Origin: Eledone cirrhosa
Taxonomy: Eukaryota
Length of the DNA: 64,000 nt
Reading direction: 5' to 3'
NCBI GenBank assembly: GCA_964016885.1
Contig: OZ024747.1
Location: forward strand, 39,060,001-39,124,000
Made by a program: the position numbers and the translations under genes. This document shows positions 1-15,130 of the stretch, in pieces (the stretch's first letter is position 1; each line of letters opens with the position of its first letter). The notes below the pieces were generated by a model. It saw only the letters and a list, made by a program, of their open reading frames with translations. It was not told where the DNA came from and did not search any database.

Positions 1-949
1 GCCTGATCATTGTATTCGAGCAATATATGAATCTACATGTATCTCTACCTATTAAACCTCGTCAGTGTAATCTACTCAAACAAAGCTTTACAGATCAGGT
101 AAATGTTGGTTTACAAATAGTAGAAGATATAAGAATAATGTTTCGCCAGAATAATTTACATATTCATTACTGAAACGTTCCTGAAAAGAAATTACTCATA
201 TACGCTATTGGCATGAATTATATACTTTAAGCATATAAGTGATGTTGCAGATGCCGTACGCAACAAAAATCTTAATTATTTTAAATTACGATCTTAGATG
301 GAGAAAGAAAACAGAACCCTAGTGACAATTGTATCTTTTAGATAAAGAAAACAAAACTGTATAACTAGAAAAATTTAAGAATTAATCTCTAGAAATTATT
401 TTACAAGCCAAGTCGAAAACCTAATACTATTATACGTTTGCTACAAGCAAATTTAGAGAAAAATTAATTGGTATGGCTAATACCACATTCAACAGACAAT
501 ACAGTTAGAATATGCGATGAAAACTTAATCTGATTTAATTCGTCTCCAAACGTAGAATTCATTACTATCAAGAAGTTACTAAATATGAAAATACGATATC
601 ATCCTTAATCTCTTCATCTTACATAGGATTTCAACAAGTTATATCTATAAGTAAAAATATAGATTATCAAACATAACACTCTACCGCCATTTACGTATAT
701 GTATGCATATATACAAATATGAATTGACTGAAATAGAGGTAAAACTTTAGAGGAACAACTGAGTCGACTGAAGCAACGTAAAAGTGCTTTGCTCAAGACC
801 ACAACATATTGAACTGGGATCGAAACTCATTAATGAGCCCAGCACACTAAACATTAAGCCATGTATCTTACTCTTTTACTGGGGATTAGTGTTTTTCTAT
901 CGTTGAAAACATTTTTACATTTCTACAAATATTAGCTGTTCCCATTTCT

Positions 950-1095
950 GATTTAGGCACAAGACCACAATTTAGGAGGAGGGGAAAGTCGTTTAGATCG
1001 ATCCTATTCCGATCAAAGGCAAAGCTATCCTTGGCAGGATTTGAAGTCATAACTGAAAGGGACCTAACCGACGCTCTACCGATACTGCCAATCTT
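950..1095 (-). mobile_element. Degenerate tRNA-derived SINE (same family as 16015-16200)
   Basis: Reverse complement resembles the head (ggcagtatcggtag...ttcaaatcc) and tail (cttgtgcc) of the SINE copies at 16015 and 40342. Confidence 0.5.
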
Positions 1096-3843
1096 GATTC
1101 ATTTGTTAATAATCGAAGAGATTTTACTGGTGTACTCACGTATAAGTATAAAAATGTTTGATATGATGCAAATTTAGTGATCATCAAGCAGTGATAAACT
1201 ATTTCCATATACTCCTTTCTTATTTCGAATATAGATATTGGATATTGCTATCCTTTTCTGAGAATCAACAAGTGATTTTACATTATATGGTACTACAAAT
1301 ATCTCATGTTAGTTAGTATATGCTAGCTGAATATTTCATTTCTCTTATCCATCTGTATACAAGTACTTAGATGTAAAATTGTAATCGCAGTACAATCACT
1401 CACCTAGTAACATCTATGGTAAGAAAAATACAATTATTAATAAGCTAATATTTTTATTCATTTAATTACTTGTGGATCTGTTTCATAGTAAACCCGTGAC
1501 TAAAAAGTAAAATAGTCGACCATAGTTCTGTGTTGTGTAGTATTTGTCTGCAATCTTAGTTCTATTGTTTTCCCATAGCCTTATTGTTAGTCGTAATATT
1601 TATTATTCAAGACAATGCTTCTATATATTTCATTGCTTTTGCATTCTTTATTTCGTCAATACTTCCTATGAAAAGTTCATGAATTTTTATAATCTCATGT
1701 GTGTTCAGAAGTCTTATTTTATTCTAGTTCTTATCATCTTTCAGATATTTATTTCCCAACGATATTTTTGATCTAGTTTTGTATTTTCTCTGATTCTAAT
1801 TTATGCCACTTTCTACTTTTAGCATTACAAGAAATATCGATTATCACTGTCTCTGATAATCATCGTCAGTTTTTGTTTCCATAACTTTCTATTTAAATTT
1901 TATTTTTTCAATTCATTTCTTTTTATCTATAATATAGTTCGCATTGCTTTGCTTTCTTTATTGAATGAATCTGTGAATATAATGTGTTTAGGCATCTTCA
2001 TTATCATCATCTCCATTCGTCTTATATATACTGTAGGTGTTGTTTGCTAGGAATGGCCACTTTCTAAAATCGCTTCCATGATTAAGTAAAAAAAAATGTT
2101 TTCTTCGTCGATTAGCCAATTTTTGAATATTTATGCAATTATCAAGGAATAAAAAAAGGCATGGTTTTGAAATTATAATTGCTTGTGCATTGTTGAGAAA
2201 GATCAATTTACTTAGCACTAGGCTAGCGGGAAGTGTTTCCTGGGAAATTTGAACCAGCAAAGTGGCACTGCCTCAAACAACCACAATCTGGTTCTTTTCA
2301 AAGAAATATTAAAAGGCCATTTAGTTAATAAACAGGTAATCTTGTTATACAGAACGTTCATATATCTGTTTTTGTTTTCGTCCGAATGATCGTTGATTAT
2401 TTGGAGTAACCTGTTTGGAAATTGCCTAGATTCATGAGAAATGTATGCAGCAAAAGCGCCTATTTAAGCCACGCTATCTAACACATAGTATATGTTGTAT
2501 TGCCAAATATATCAGATGTCCTCACGACATCAATTATAATTATATATATATATTAACATTGGTACATATATATCCAGTCTACTGGTGAATTATATGTTCA
2601 TATCCTAAGAACACGTTAATGTTGCAATTACAAGATAAAAAAGCATCCGTAAAAACACATTCACGACACAGTTTTCCGTATCTTCAATGCGTACAATTCC
2701 AAAGCCGCACCCCTATTTTCCATGTTAGCAGATAGATGGAGGTGCGTCCTGTTCTTGAGCAAAAAAATATATTTCACTTTACTCCAGTTTACTGAACTCT
2801 AGACATTTGTTTTGACGTCACTGGTTCCAAGCTCTATTGGACATTGCCTTTCCCTTGGGTAACATCAGTGGTGTGGAAAGGGGGAGACTCGCCTGCATAG
2901 GCGACTGCTGGTCTTCCACAAACACACCTTGCCCAGGCTTGTGGTTTGGAAAGGGATCTTCCTAGCTGCAACACCATGGTAATTAGTGAACGAAGGTGGC
3001 CTACGATGTAACATCTCAGGCAGTAGGATGATGTCAAGCCTGCTGCCAGTCTTGTTATGAATATTTCTGGCAGAAATTATTTCTATGAATAATGTAGAGA
3101 ATGATTTATTTCAGGTTGCATTGGCGAATATGATGAGTGATCACTCCTATTAGTTTGAATTTGGCCTTAAGGCATCTACTGTTTTGTTGTAACTGCAAAA
3201 TATGTCATCTGAAATGATACGTTATATTTTTGATTAAATGTGAAATTAATGGAATCCGTTGTGTAAGCCACCAACACTCCTTTTCATTGTTCTGTAGACT
3301 CGATTGAAATGCTACAATAACATTGCTATTGATAGGATTTCATTTATGATTTTTGTTTGTCAACTCTTCTGTCATGCATTTAACATGTAGCTATTTGCCA
3401 TTGCACTAATACAATAACATATTCCTTCATAGAAGAAACACAGAATACATCAGCTGGTTCGTTACCGTTACATTCGCTTCCATTCTGCTACTAGCAGGAT
3501 ATTATTGTTGTCTGACTAATGTAATTCCTGGCGGCATATGAAGTGGGGTAGATTGTACATTGGATGTGGGACTGCGTAGCACGCCGTATGAGAAATTGTT
3601 ATTCTATTTCATGTTACTGTTCGTTGCTTGGCTTAAAGCAAAACTAATTTGACAAGACTGGCGTATTTCGTTGTGGATTGTTCTCTTTGCTTTGTAACTT
3701 CACTGGCTAGAAAATAGCTTCTGCCAATACCTTATCTAAATTAGTAACCAACTGGACGCGTTAGGCTTAAATAGCAAAAGAAATATAAGAACGAATTCAC
3801 ACATACACACACATATACACGCGCACACGCGTATATATACATG

Positions 3844-3908
<65 letters not shown>

Positions 3909-4031
3909 ATATTTATATATATATAAATAAATTATAGGAAATAAGTGAGTATCTTCCTAATCAAACGTTCGGGGTGCTAACTTATTTTATTGTGTGGAAA
4001 ATTGGCTGTATCATTTCATATGAGATATATC

Positions 4032-4074
<43 letters not shown>

Positions 4075-4075
<1 letters not shown>

Positions 4076-5038
4076 CTGGGGTAGGAGCTAGATAACGAAG
4101 GAGTTGTGGTAAGGAACCAGATGGACCATAACGCACCAGAGTACTCAATACTTAGGGTAGTAGTGTGGGTAATATATATATATATATATATTCTGACCAC
4201 CTCCCCGCGCACACAGACACACAACCCTCCTCCTGCCATGACCCTCTGACCACTTCCTGTTGCGCACGCACCCCATATCTCCCCTCTTCCGACCAACCAC
4301 CACTGATTACACATATTGAACATCGATCCCTAATATCCACCACATCCCAAGGATATTACCCAGCATTCCACCACATCCTCTACGGAACTACCTTAAGGAC
4401 TCACACACTGACATACACACAAACATTTTTTTCCCACACGCCACCTACATTCACAACACGCTTAATCACCACACATACACGTGCGTACCACCACATATTT
4501 ACACACTCAGCCTCCGGAATCCTCTCCCCGCAGCCCTCTGACACCTCCCCATCCACACACGCACACACACACCGACCTACACCCCACCCCACACACACCT
4601 CTTCCTGAACATGCAACCCCGTTCTTCCCCCAACTCTTACTTTCACATACTCACACACACACACACACGTACACCTACACACACACACGACCTTCAGCCC
4701 TCCCTGCTCGGACACCCCGCCTCCCACTCCCCACTCCACCCGCCACCGCCCCTACACGCCCCACACATTCCACCACCTGTTTTACTTCATGTTTATTTTA
4801 ATTTTTATTATGCTTTTATATTTAATTTCATTTGTACCGTTTCCTCTCACCCCCTTTTTTCTATATGTCTCTCCACCACTCCCCAACACACCCTTGGAAC
4901 TCTCTTACCACACACGTTTCACCTGAAGAAGGGCTTATGCCCGAAACCTCGTTCCCCACCATCACTCCACTCTCAAGAGCGTGAAACTAATAAACCTTTG
5001 TTCGTACTGCCTCTCTGTTTTGTTCCCGTTCAATTTTT

Positions 5039-5042
<4 letters not shown>
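4075..5042 (+). mobile_element. Probable Penelope-like pLTR/3' tail remnant with hammerhead-like motif
   Basis: CA-rich low-complexity tail between (TA)n tracts, containing CTGAAGA-A-GGGC-TTAT-GCCC-GAAAC (4923-4947) followed by AATAAA, as in PLE pLTRs. Confidence 0.45.
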
Positions 5043-5096
<54 letters not shown>

Positions 5097-5264
5097 TTGT
5101 TTGAATGATAATGGTAAACACGAAAGAATTATCCCTAAATGTAAATATACTCGTATATCATATTACACCCTCAATCTGCAACATTAAAAAAACACCTGCC
5201 TCCATTAGTTTCCTTAAATCCGGTTTTTATTTATTTAATTTCCCATCTAATGTAGACAATTCAC

Positions 5265-5700
5265 TGGGGAGGATGAAACTCGACCCGAGATGTTAAAGTC
5301 CTTAAATAGAGAATGTATTCTCTGGCTAAATCGTGCGTATCGGGCAGTCTGGATCTCCGGCAAGGCACATAGGCAATGGCAATCGGGAGTGATAATTCTA
5401 CTTTTCAAAAAGGGAGACGAAAGGGATTGCTCCAATTATAGAGCGAGCAATCAATAAACTGTCTAAAGAAAGAAGCTCTTCACAGATTTTACGGGCGAAA
5501 TCAGCGATCTAGATACTTAGGGGTAGATCACGGGCAAGATTGATGGATAAAATATATATGAGCTCGGCTGGTTTCATTCGGATGTCCGGCCGGATCAACT
5601 GGAGATGGTTGCCTCTGACAGGATCTGCTGGGCGGTGTGTTTCAGAAACATATGACTCTTCCAGAAAAATGTGGATGGCGAAGAAAAAAACGTTATAATT
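5265..5700 (+). pseudogene. RTE-clade LINE remnant, internally deleted (RT N-terminal part joined to the 3' end)
   Basis: Translates to DETRPEMLKSL...WQSGVIILLFKKGDERDCSNYRA, then RGRSRARLMDKI, which resembles the RTE 3' end at 52060-52530. Confidence 0.65.
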
Positions 5701-7576
5701 TAAGGAAACACTATTCATGATGTATACCAGCATACGAATACTTTAGAATTTAATTGATGCACATATGTGATGTATTTCACTATACGATAGAGCATATTAA
5801 AATATATGGCTTGTTATGTATTCGAGTGAGTCAGTTGAACACAGCAAACAGAATAGATTCAGAAATGTGTATTAGATATCTGTCAGAGAACGTATGTTGT
5901 CCAGTAATGAACTGTATTTAATCAATAAAAGCATTCCATATGATAAAGTGGATCTTATGTGATCCTTCTGGTGCATATCACGAATCAATTGTGAAAGATA
6001 TTCCAAATATTAATATTTGGTTATTGGAACCATCAACAAAGTTTGATATTTATTAATATTAAAATCATATCATGGTGCGATACCAAATGTAATTCGCGTT
6101 CATAAAATTGACTGTGTAACAGTTAAGGTCCACCTCTGTTGGTTAGTAAGATTAACATCGCAAAAGACATGTGAACTGAGGACTATATCCAACAATTCCC
6201 GGTAACTAACACACATACAAGCACACACACACACGCGCGCAAGCACAGACACACATACACACACACACTCATATATATAATTAGTTACAACAGTGACATA
6301 TACAGGTCCCTAAGTTTCGTTGGGTTATACTCCGCAACGCATATATCCTCTTATATCAAGTATAAATGGCTATTTCCAGAGACGAGACTATTTTAGAGAC
6401 CCACATAACACCGCCCGCTTTGCCGGTGTAATTTGTTTGGAAGTAACGCAGCCTTCAGACCTCGTGTGCTAAATAAATGTTGGCGTAAATTTCAAATATC
6501 TGTTAGTGGAGAGAAATAACACAAATTACGAAGCTACTTTTCATCTCAATGCAGGGTAAAATTGTAGTTTATTTATCTACTGAAGTATTCTAAAAAATAT
6601 TTTCCATTAACTTATTAATAATAATTATAACATTGTTTTTCATATGAATATTTTTAATAGATAAATCTATCTATTTCTGCAAAATAATTGTTTAATTATC
6701 TATCATTCTATATTTATTTTTACTCATTATTTCATTGTATTGTATTATGTTATAAATAATATTCATACATGTAAAGTGCAATATAGAAAGCGTGATAATT
6801 GTGTTTTCCTGTTGGAGATTTTTTGTATTGTTGGAAGTCAACATATCAGGAAAAGATATTTTAAAACTATGATTTTTTCTAGTGTATAATTGACAAACTA
6901 CATTCCTCTTACTTTTTTCTGGTCAATATACACATATATTCTCATGTAATATTGCTTCTAATTTTTAATTATATATCTGTTAATGTATGGATGTACAGAA
7001 GTAGTTCATTTATATACTGTTGTTAATACTGCATCGGCTTTTGATTACGCTTGTAATTTGCAATGTATTAATTGGCATGGTTTGAACATCCTATGTGGTA
7101 TGCAAGTATCTCTTGTATGTAATACACTTGACATTTTAAACATTATCTAAAGACTTGATATATGTAGAGTGATTGACTGATACCTCGTATACATCGTGGT
7201 ATTGCCCACCGCTGTACATTGAAACATATGTAGAAGTAAATATACCTTTTCGTTCTTCCCTCTCTATATAAATGTTATCTGAGTTTTCCGAATATCAATA
7301 ATAATATTCGATTAATTTGCAATTATGCAAACAGTCTCTTTAAAGCCATGTCAGTAGAATGACCTCAGCATACTTGCTGTTGTATTGGCATATAAACAGA
7401 ACTGCAGACACTAATGTTTCTGGGTGATTACACTTATTGTATTCAGCCATGTAGAGTGATAAACTATCTATTAGTTATTTATATATATATATTTTTTGTT
7501 TTTTTTTGTTTTTATATATATATTCATAATTTTCTATGTGGCCATTGTTATATATTCATAATATTTGCTTTTTCAG

Positions 7577-7664
7577 GTTAATTGAGATAACTGTTATCAA
7601 CTCTTGATGCATTCTAATGAAAATACAAACGACAATATCAGTCGAGAGCGTTCAGCAAATAAAC
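7577..7664 (+). other. Candidate spliced exon of an unknown host transcript
   Basis: Pyrimidine tract + TTTCAG acceptor and C|GTAAGT donor in unique sequence; no homology recognised. Confidence 0.3.
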
Positions 7665-10516
7665 GTAAGTATATTGTTTTTTCATTTGGTTCTCGGATGT
7701 TCAGACTAATATGTTAGTAGAACTAACTGACATGGAAATTCAGTTATAATAATCACTACTGTTCCCTTGAGACTGACTAAAACACTTAAACCCTTCTCTC
7801 TTATGTTATTTTTCACTACCTACCTGTGTCTCCTTTCTATAAAACAAATTTCCATTTCTTTGTTAACAGTTAAGAGTCTATTATACCTCATTAGCGAAAC
7901 GACATCTATACTTCCATCCATATGAAAATACGCATGGCGTTAGACAAGGGGAATAGTGTGCAAATCGGTGTGACGCAAATAGTGACAGTAGCCTTCACAA
8001 GCCTCAAATAATATTATAATGAAGTAAATATTCAACTACATAAATGGCTGCAAAATGTTACCTCGTTTACTGATTTTCTTTTCTTCATAACATTTTTATT
8101 TTATTGTATAAATATTATTCATATTCTGGAATCATATTCCAGAAATTGTAAATAATATTGCGCAACGCGCATCTTATTTAATTTTCACTATTATATATTT
8201 ACATGTATAGGACCATTTACAGATTTAGCTATATTGTTTGTTGTTTAATACTTTAGAAATAATTAGTTGTTAAGCAGGTAATGGCAAATGGGAAAGTTAT
8301 GAATATTTGAATATTATATGAATGTAATGAAGTATGATTTTCCTATTATCATACGAAATGTGAATAGTTTTATTTTAACGCTCACACACACGCCACATGT
8401 GCTTCAAAGATTTACGCAAATGCATTAAGATCATTATGAATATATTCTGTTTGATTACACTAATGTTAGATATATATATCACATAGACTATTTTTGTGAA
8501 ACGGATTGATTACTAAATGTATATTTTAGCAAGTTTCTAGTAATAGAAGTGAAGAATTACTGATCATACACCTGGGATTGGTTTTTTTCCCATTCTGCCA
8601 TTTCTGCCGCTATTAATATTCGGACAGTTCCTCAGAATGTCTTTCCTGTACGTGTATTATCTGTCCTCATAAACCTACTACTGTTTAAGAGGTAACTTAA
8701 TGGCACCATTACCATGGTGGTCTGAAAACATGTCTAATTACCACGAAATCATGTTGGAAGAAAATCGATAAAAGATGGGTCTTTAACACTTAGGTCAACG
8801 CTGAGAAGGGCTATGATGGTCAAATTCATTCTAGCTATGACAACTCCATACGTTCATCGTGTATGATGTATCTCCGATTACATTTTCAATGATATCACTT
8901 TATTTTAATCGCTAGATATTCATTGAAACCTGATTTATTGTTATTTGTAACACGTCTGTTGGCAACAAAGCTCAACAGTAGACTCGTCCGGAGGGGATTA
9001 TTCATATGTGCAATGTTTACCATGTTTAAATATTTACCAACCATGTAACAATGCACAAATTTCACATCTGTACGCGTGTCTATTGTAGCACTGTGATGGA
9101 ATAGATCAAGTTATGAATTTGTTCCACAACTTAACATGTAAAGTTGTTTGTCATAGACTGGTAGCAACGTTTCTGTATTAAGGTTGCAAAAAATGTCATT
9201 TAATAAACCAAAAACATGTTCCCTTGAAATAGAAAATCGGGTGCTAAAATGTTCTCGTAATTTGTAAAGAAGGGAAACGCAATTTCAAAAGAACATATTG
9301 AATAAAAAATCACTGGTATATTACCTTATGAATTGTGATATGAAGTCAACATTCTGTAGTTTAATACAGATAGAAATATATAAAGTCATTTTCTAAGAAA
9401 GTTACTGCATTGATTTTAATATTAAAAACATAATATATTTTTGTCATGCATTGAAACGATGAATATGATAAAGACACCTATCCTTCTCTCTTCCTATCTT
9501 ACTACATTTCTCTTTATTTCTCCCTCTATTGCTCTATGTGTAATATATATATATATATATATATTATTACTATATATAGATATATACAGTAATAATAACA
9601 AATGTGAAGACTAAAATCCAAAGAGGGCTCGATAAGGATAAATATATATCAAATATATAAGAACCCTAGAGCAAATATTTATTAAAATAACAGATTAAAG
9701 TTTCAGAAGATCCCGTTATGGGTGAAAGCACCGATTCTTTGCTTAAACTGTAATCTGTTATTTTAATATATATGTATATATATATATATTTATATATCCA
9801 GTGACAAAAAGAGAGTGTTAACCATAATAGTGGAATATATTTTTATATACAGAAAAAAACCAACTTATGAGACCATTTTTATCAAAGAAAACGTCTTTTC
9901 GTTGTGAAAATTTATTTTTCTATGTATGGTCCTGTGAAAATGCGATATTAGAATGTGCCTGATGAACATTCGCTGGAAATGCACGTTAAAATATAGTTTC
10001 ATCTCGGTTTGTTATAACTAACTGGCAGTATTAATTCCCAGGGCGAGTGAATGTCTGGCATTTGTCACTAATACTGGATATCGGTATCGTTAAGGTGAAA
10101 CAATACATCAAATAACTAAAGGAATTTTTCTCAAAGAAAATGGAAATCGCATTGCCACGAAATTTGTATCGTTGATAAATGGCAAGGCAATGTGTATCTG
10201 TATGTCTCTAGTTCATTACAAGTATTTACTTTATCATAAAACAGAAATTTAATCATAATTACATACTTTCCTCTTGGGAGTCACTAACGATTTCAACAAG
10301 ATTAATATTTTTTTACTTCGACGAATATTCATATTCTCATTGCTTCAGAAACTTTGCTGTACATCATTTTCTATTTCTCCAGCTACCAGAATTATCTAAA
10401 TTCTAGTATTTTTTAAATTTTATATTCATTAGATTAGATTGTCGCTTCAAATCTTCTTCTCGCCTATCCCACGCATCTCTTTCTCTCACTAATTCTATCC
10501 CATATATATATATATA

Positions 10517-10742
10517 TATAAATGTGAGCTATAGCCGTATTTTGACTAATGAAATTAAAGAAATTATTTACCCTGATAGAGGGGTTAAGAAGCCTCGGAG
10601 AAATGGAAAAATATGAGTATTGACGTACATGCACGTCAATACTCATATTTTTCCATTTCTCCGAGGCTTCTTAACCCCACTATCAGGCTAAATAATTTCT
10701 TTAATTTCTTTAGACAAAATACGGCGATAGCTTACATTTATA
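10517..10742. repeat. ~226 bp near-perfect palindrome (foldback)
   Basis: tataaatgtgagctatagccgt...gagtattgacgt mirrored by acgtcaatactc...acggcgatagcttacatttata, centre 10629/10630; lies between (TA)n tracts. Confidence 0.9.
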
Positions 10743-10780
10743 ATAATTTCAAACCCGCTCGCTGTTTCGAAAATATTCTT

Positions 10781-10849
<69 letters not shown>

Positions 10850-11125
10850 ATGTAGAAAAGTAATACACAGGTTGATACATATCAAAACAAATAGTAGAAA
10901 TGATAAAGATACTTTCAGTAGAAAATGTTGAAGAGATTTTTTTCAGTGAGATATCAAAACGTTAACTTATTTACAATACCGGTTTCAGCATTAAATTCAT
11001 TTTTAATTGCGGATATGCAGAATATTGTTAAGTTGAATATTTGTACAAATAGTGATAATAGTAATAATAATGATGAAGAAAAGGAAAATAAAAAGGGGAA
11101 GAATATTTTTCCTTTCTACTATTTG

Positions 11126-11240
<115 letters not shown>

Positions 11241-11274
11241 ATGCATATGTGTGTGTGTGTGTGTACATACATAC

Positions 11275-11306
<32 letters not shown>

Positions 11307-12325
11307 GTGTGGTTTGGGGGTGAGTGGAGTTGGTGTAACGCTAACGAAAAGGGTGGTGTTAGAATGTGTGGAAAGGGAAATTTTTGAGACGAAAAGTGAT
11401 ATAGATGAGAAAAGTGTTATATTTTGATTTAACAAAGGACCTTACAAATTTGAATGATATCAGATCTACGACAATTGGTTTATTTCTTCATTTATGTACC
11501 ATTGTCAGTATCTCATATATCCCCCTGTATAAAAGACGAGGAATGTATGAATCGACTACCATAATGGATGATGTTAAATTTCATTGTTAGTATGTGACAC
11601 AGTCATTATACAACGAACAGTTTAATGATATGAAATTTAGCTCCCGCTGAATGACTGACTTTTGCAATTTATTGGCTATGAAAGTAGACATTTATTATAT
11701 AGGTTTAGTACAAGGGTGGTTGTTTATCCCCGCTAATTATGTACTCATCATACTATATAGCCTATTATCTGACAAAGAAAGGTAATTTCATATACTACAC
11801 TCATTGACGTTGAATAAAAAGTGAAAAAAGCCATAAATCTGTACAGGAATACGTAAATTATACAAAGATTGTTATACAAACACAAGAGAGTGAAGAAAAT
11901 TAGATTTAATGCCCCATTTAGAATATCCTAAGCCGAGAACGTAGTACATTTGTAATAATTAAAGTGAAGAGCAAATATAGTAAAAAAGAGAGCGCTGGCA
12001 TGATGTACAAACGATTACCTTTCAACCTAGAAGTCATAACTCTTCATTGTCATCATTTTATTCAGAATAAATTGAGTTTGATTCAATAAAATATAAATAC
12101 TATGAAAAATACTTCTAGATAATTACGATTAGATATTCTGTATATCATTCACTTTTATATCCGACAGAATGATTGTAAATGACTCGTCTGGATTTCATGG
12201 AGCTAATGAAAATTAATCAAATATAGACTATTCATTTTCAGTTTGCTCTCAATATCTAGTATCAAGACCACGTAATTCATTTTAAATCCTGTAAAACGAG
12301 AGACCTATATGTGCTATATAAATAA

Positions 12326-12397
<72 letters not shown>

Positions 12398-14789
12398 CAT
12401 ATATAGCATATATATAGCATATATATATATATATATATATATAGGATGTCCGAAAAATACATTATCTTCATTGTTCTTCATCATTTGCTTCTCAACTCGA
12501 GGTCGCATTTCTCCAGGGTTAGGTTTAATTTATTATAACGCATTTAATACAAAGATATTGACGAGAAATTCCATTAGCCCGTTCGGCATCAACTTTAGAT
12601 AACATTCCGTATAAAATCCTATCACAGTTAGTAAATTAAATTTCATAGAAATATAGCTAAATATATAAAGGTTACAACGAAGTAAAGTAATTAAAATATA
12701 AAAGATCTCACATTAGAAGCTGCATTAAAGAAAAAGGTACACGGGTCTCTTTTAATTACTTGCTAAAATGTTTCTTCATGGTATATATATATAATAATAC
12801 CATCTTTTACGCTAATGATTTGAAGATATATACATCCTTTGTCTCCCACAAGAGGCGGTCGGTAGTGGTTGCATCTGAATTGTGAGTTTTATTGTCATAT
12901 GAACGTGTATGAAGGACAATGTACTCTGGGGATTTGCGTTTCATTGTTATATATTCATGTTTTGCCTTGAGGAATTATATTTAGCTGAAATTACTTTTAA
13001 GGATATACTTTATTTCTCATAAAATTGTCAGTATTATTCGTTTGGATACGTTTGAGGTGGAAGTTAAAAGAAACCAAAGCACTTTCTTTTATTTAACCAA
13101 CGAAACATATTTAAATAATGTTTATTATTGTAGTCATGTGATTACTTCACTGAAAATTGGTTAGACTGAATAGAGTCTGCACATTACCACATAGAATATA
13201 TTTCATTATATTTAATAATGTCAAGAGTTTTGTTGCAGAAAAAATCAATATCACCTACATTATAACAACTGACGTAAATTCTGTTTCGCCTTCACTTGCC
13301 TAATATTTATTTCATAACATTTTCTACTCTGGCAAATTGTTATGTGTATTACTTCGAGAAATAAATGTATTATAAAAGAATATAAACATAAAGATCTCAG
13401 ACCAACTTATCTAAAGCTCATGTTGACACACACGTTTAACTGGACAAGGCAAGTGCTTTTAATTTCAACTTCCCACTACTACCTGTATTTTGAAAACTGA
13501 TGTTGATATATTGAATCCATACAATTCTTGGCAAATCTGCTTACACCTGCCTATATTTCTGATAAAAGAACTACTGTATACGCATCTATGCATACCGATT
13601 ATATATAAGAATGACAGGTTTCCCGTTAGGATTGACCCCCTGGCCTCGACCATGGTGAGGTCAAGCGCCTCGACAGTATAATCATCTTCACTTTCGAGTG
13701 GGGAAAATTCTAAATGAATAAATATGTTGTATAAGTTGGAGGTGGCATTCAGTACTCTAATCAATCAATCATGCACTAATGAATTTCGGTGTTAAAACCT
13801 GTAGTGATTGAGTATATGTCGGATGCTGCAATTTCGGGGCATCAGTTCCATTGTATTCAATATTTCGTGTGATCTAATCAGACTATAAGCTATCAAATAT
13901 TTATTAACCGGATGTCAGGGCGTGAGATCAACTACGTAAAAAGGTTAATATACAACATAGTGAAACAACTTCATACTGCATAATAATTATATAATCATTG
14001 TTTATAGATTATTTTTCTAAATACTCTTTCAGAAAACGTTTATGATCGATGTATATTGATTGAACGCATTGTCACTATATTCGTTGGTGCTAGCCTGCAA
14101 CCTGTTAAATATTCTTAAACCATTATCGTTCTTCTTCTTCTTCTTCTTCTTCTTCTTCTTCTTCTTCTTCTTCTTCTTCTTCTTCTTCTTTCCATTTAAG
14201 AATCTAGATTCCGGGGAGGGTCTTGTGGAACTACATTGGGTACAAATTACCTAAATGACACTGCATTTGCTGTTAGGTATAAATCAATTTAAAATGTTTC
14301 GGGTTTGTGAACGTCTAACATGTGAAACAACGTATTTTGAATAGCACAAAATACAGTATTCAGATCCATCATAATTAGGTTACGGACCGAATAATATTAA
14401 AATCAAATGCGTCCTCGACGTTTTGGATGCATTGTGTATACAAAGAGCATATCAAGTTCTAAATTATTCAATACAACATTGCATGATTTAAAGTGTATTT
14501 CGCTGCTACTTATACCAAGAGGCGATGATTTTCAAAATACTATTAATGAAGATTCTGCCAACTGTTAGAATTTCAAAAAAGATGAATTGCATGAATATTA
14601 TCCAGTTTTCTGTATCTATTTCAAATATAAATATTTTCGTTCTTACAGAGAAATTATAATTGATGAAGAAATCATTTCAGAAAATTTTGTAATTTGTTTT
14701 CTAAACTCATTTAGGTTTATACTTGGGAATATGTTGTAGCTCAAAACAAATCGAACGAAATACATAATAGAAATATTTTATATTTTATT

Positions 14790-15130
14790 TGTATATGGAA
14801 TGGTCCTCCCTCGATTTCGACGATGAGCGTTTAAGTTGGTAAAACAAATGAAAACAACCTGTTCATGTAATTAACGTGCAAGTTACCAAGTATTCCATAG
14901 GCATGTGTAAACATAACACAATTCTCAAGGTGATACACACTGACATAGTGTATGACTAATTTGGCCCATGTCATTACAGGTGGAGTCGCTCTAACAAACA
15001 TCGAACTAGTTTCCGTCTAGCCAATTTCAATCGCAAGGCTGTCTCTATCGTAAATGAAATTTAACTGAAGATGTCACACAATGGAAACCAGGTTTTTATT
15101 TACTGCGAAGCGAAATATTCGGCCATGCAG
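14790..15130. mobile_element. Old degenerate SINE-like interspersed repeat
   Basis: Motif string aattaacgtgcaagt...ttctc...tgacatagtgt...ggccc...attacagg recalled as a common cephalopod SINE core; recognition only. Confidence 0.35.

Noticed and set aside
3982-5187. ORFs rich in YI, HT, CV (and similar ORFs at 10.4-12.5, 16.1-18.2, 22.4-23.7, 57.2 and 61.3 kb)
   Set aside because: Translations of (TA)n, (CA)n and (GA)n microsatellites
9959-9990. CTGATGA...GAAATGCACGTT hammerhead-like motif
   Set aside because: Stems I and II do not pair convincingly
13465-13764. 99-aa ORF and local GC hairpin (ggcctc...gaggtc)
   Set aside because: No recognisable protein motif and no ribozyme fold could be fitted
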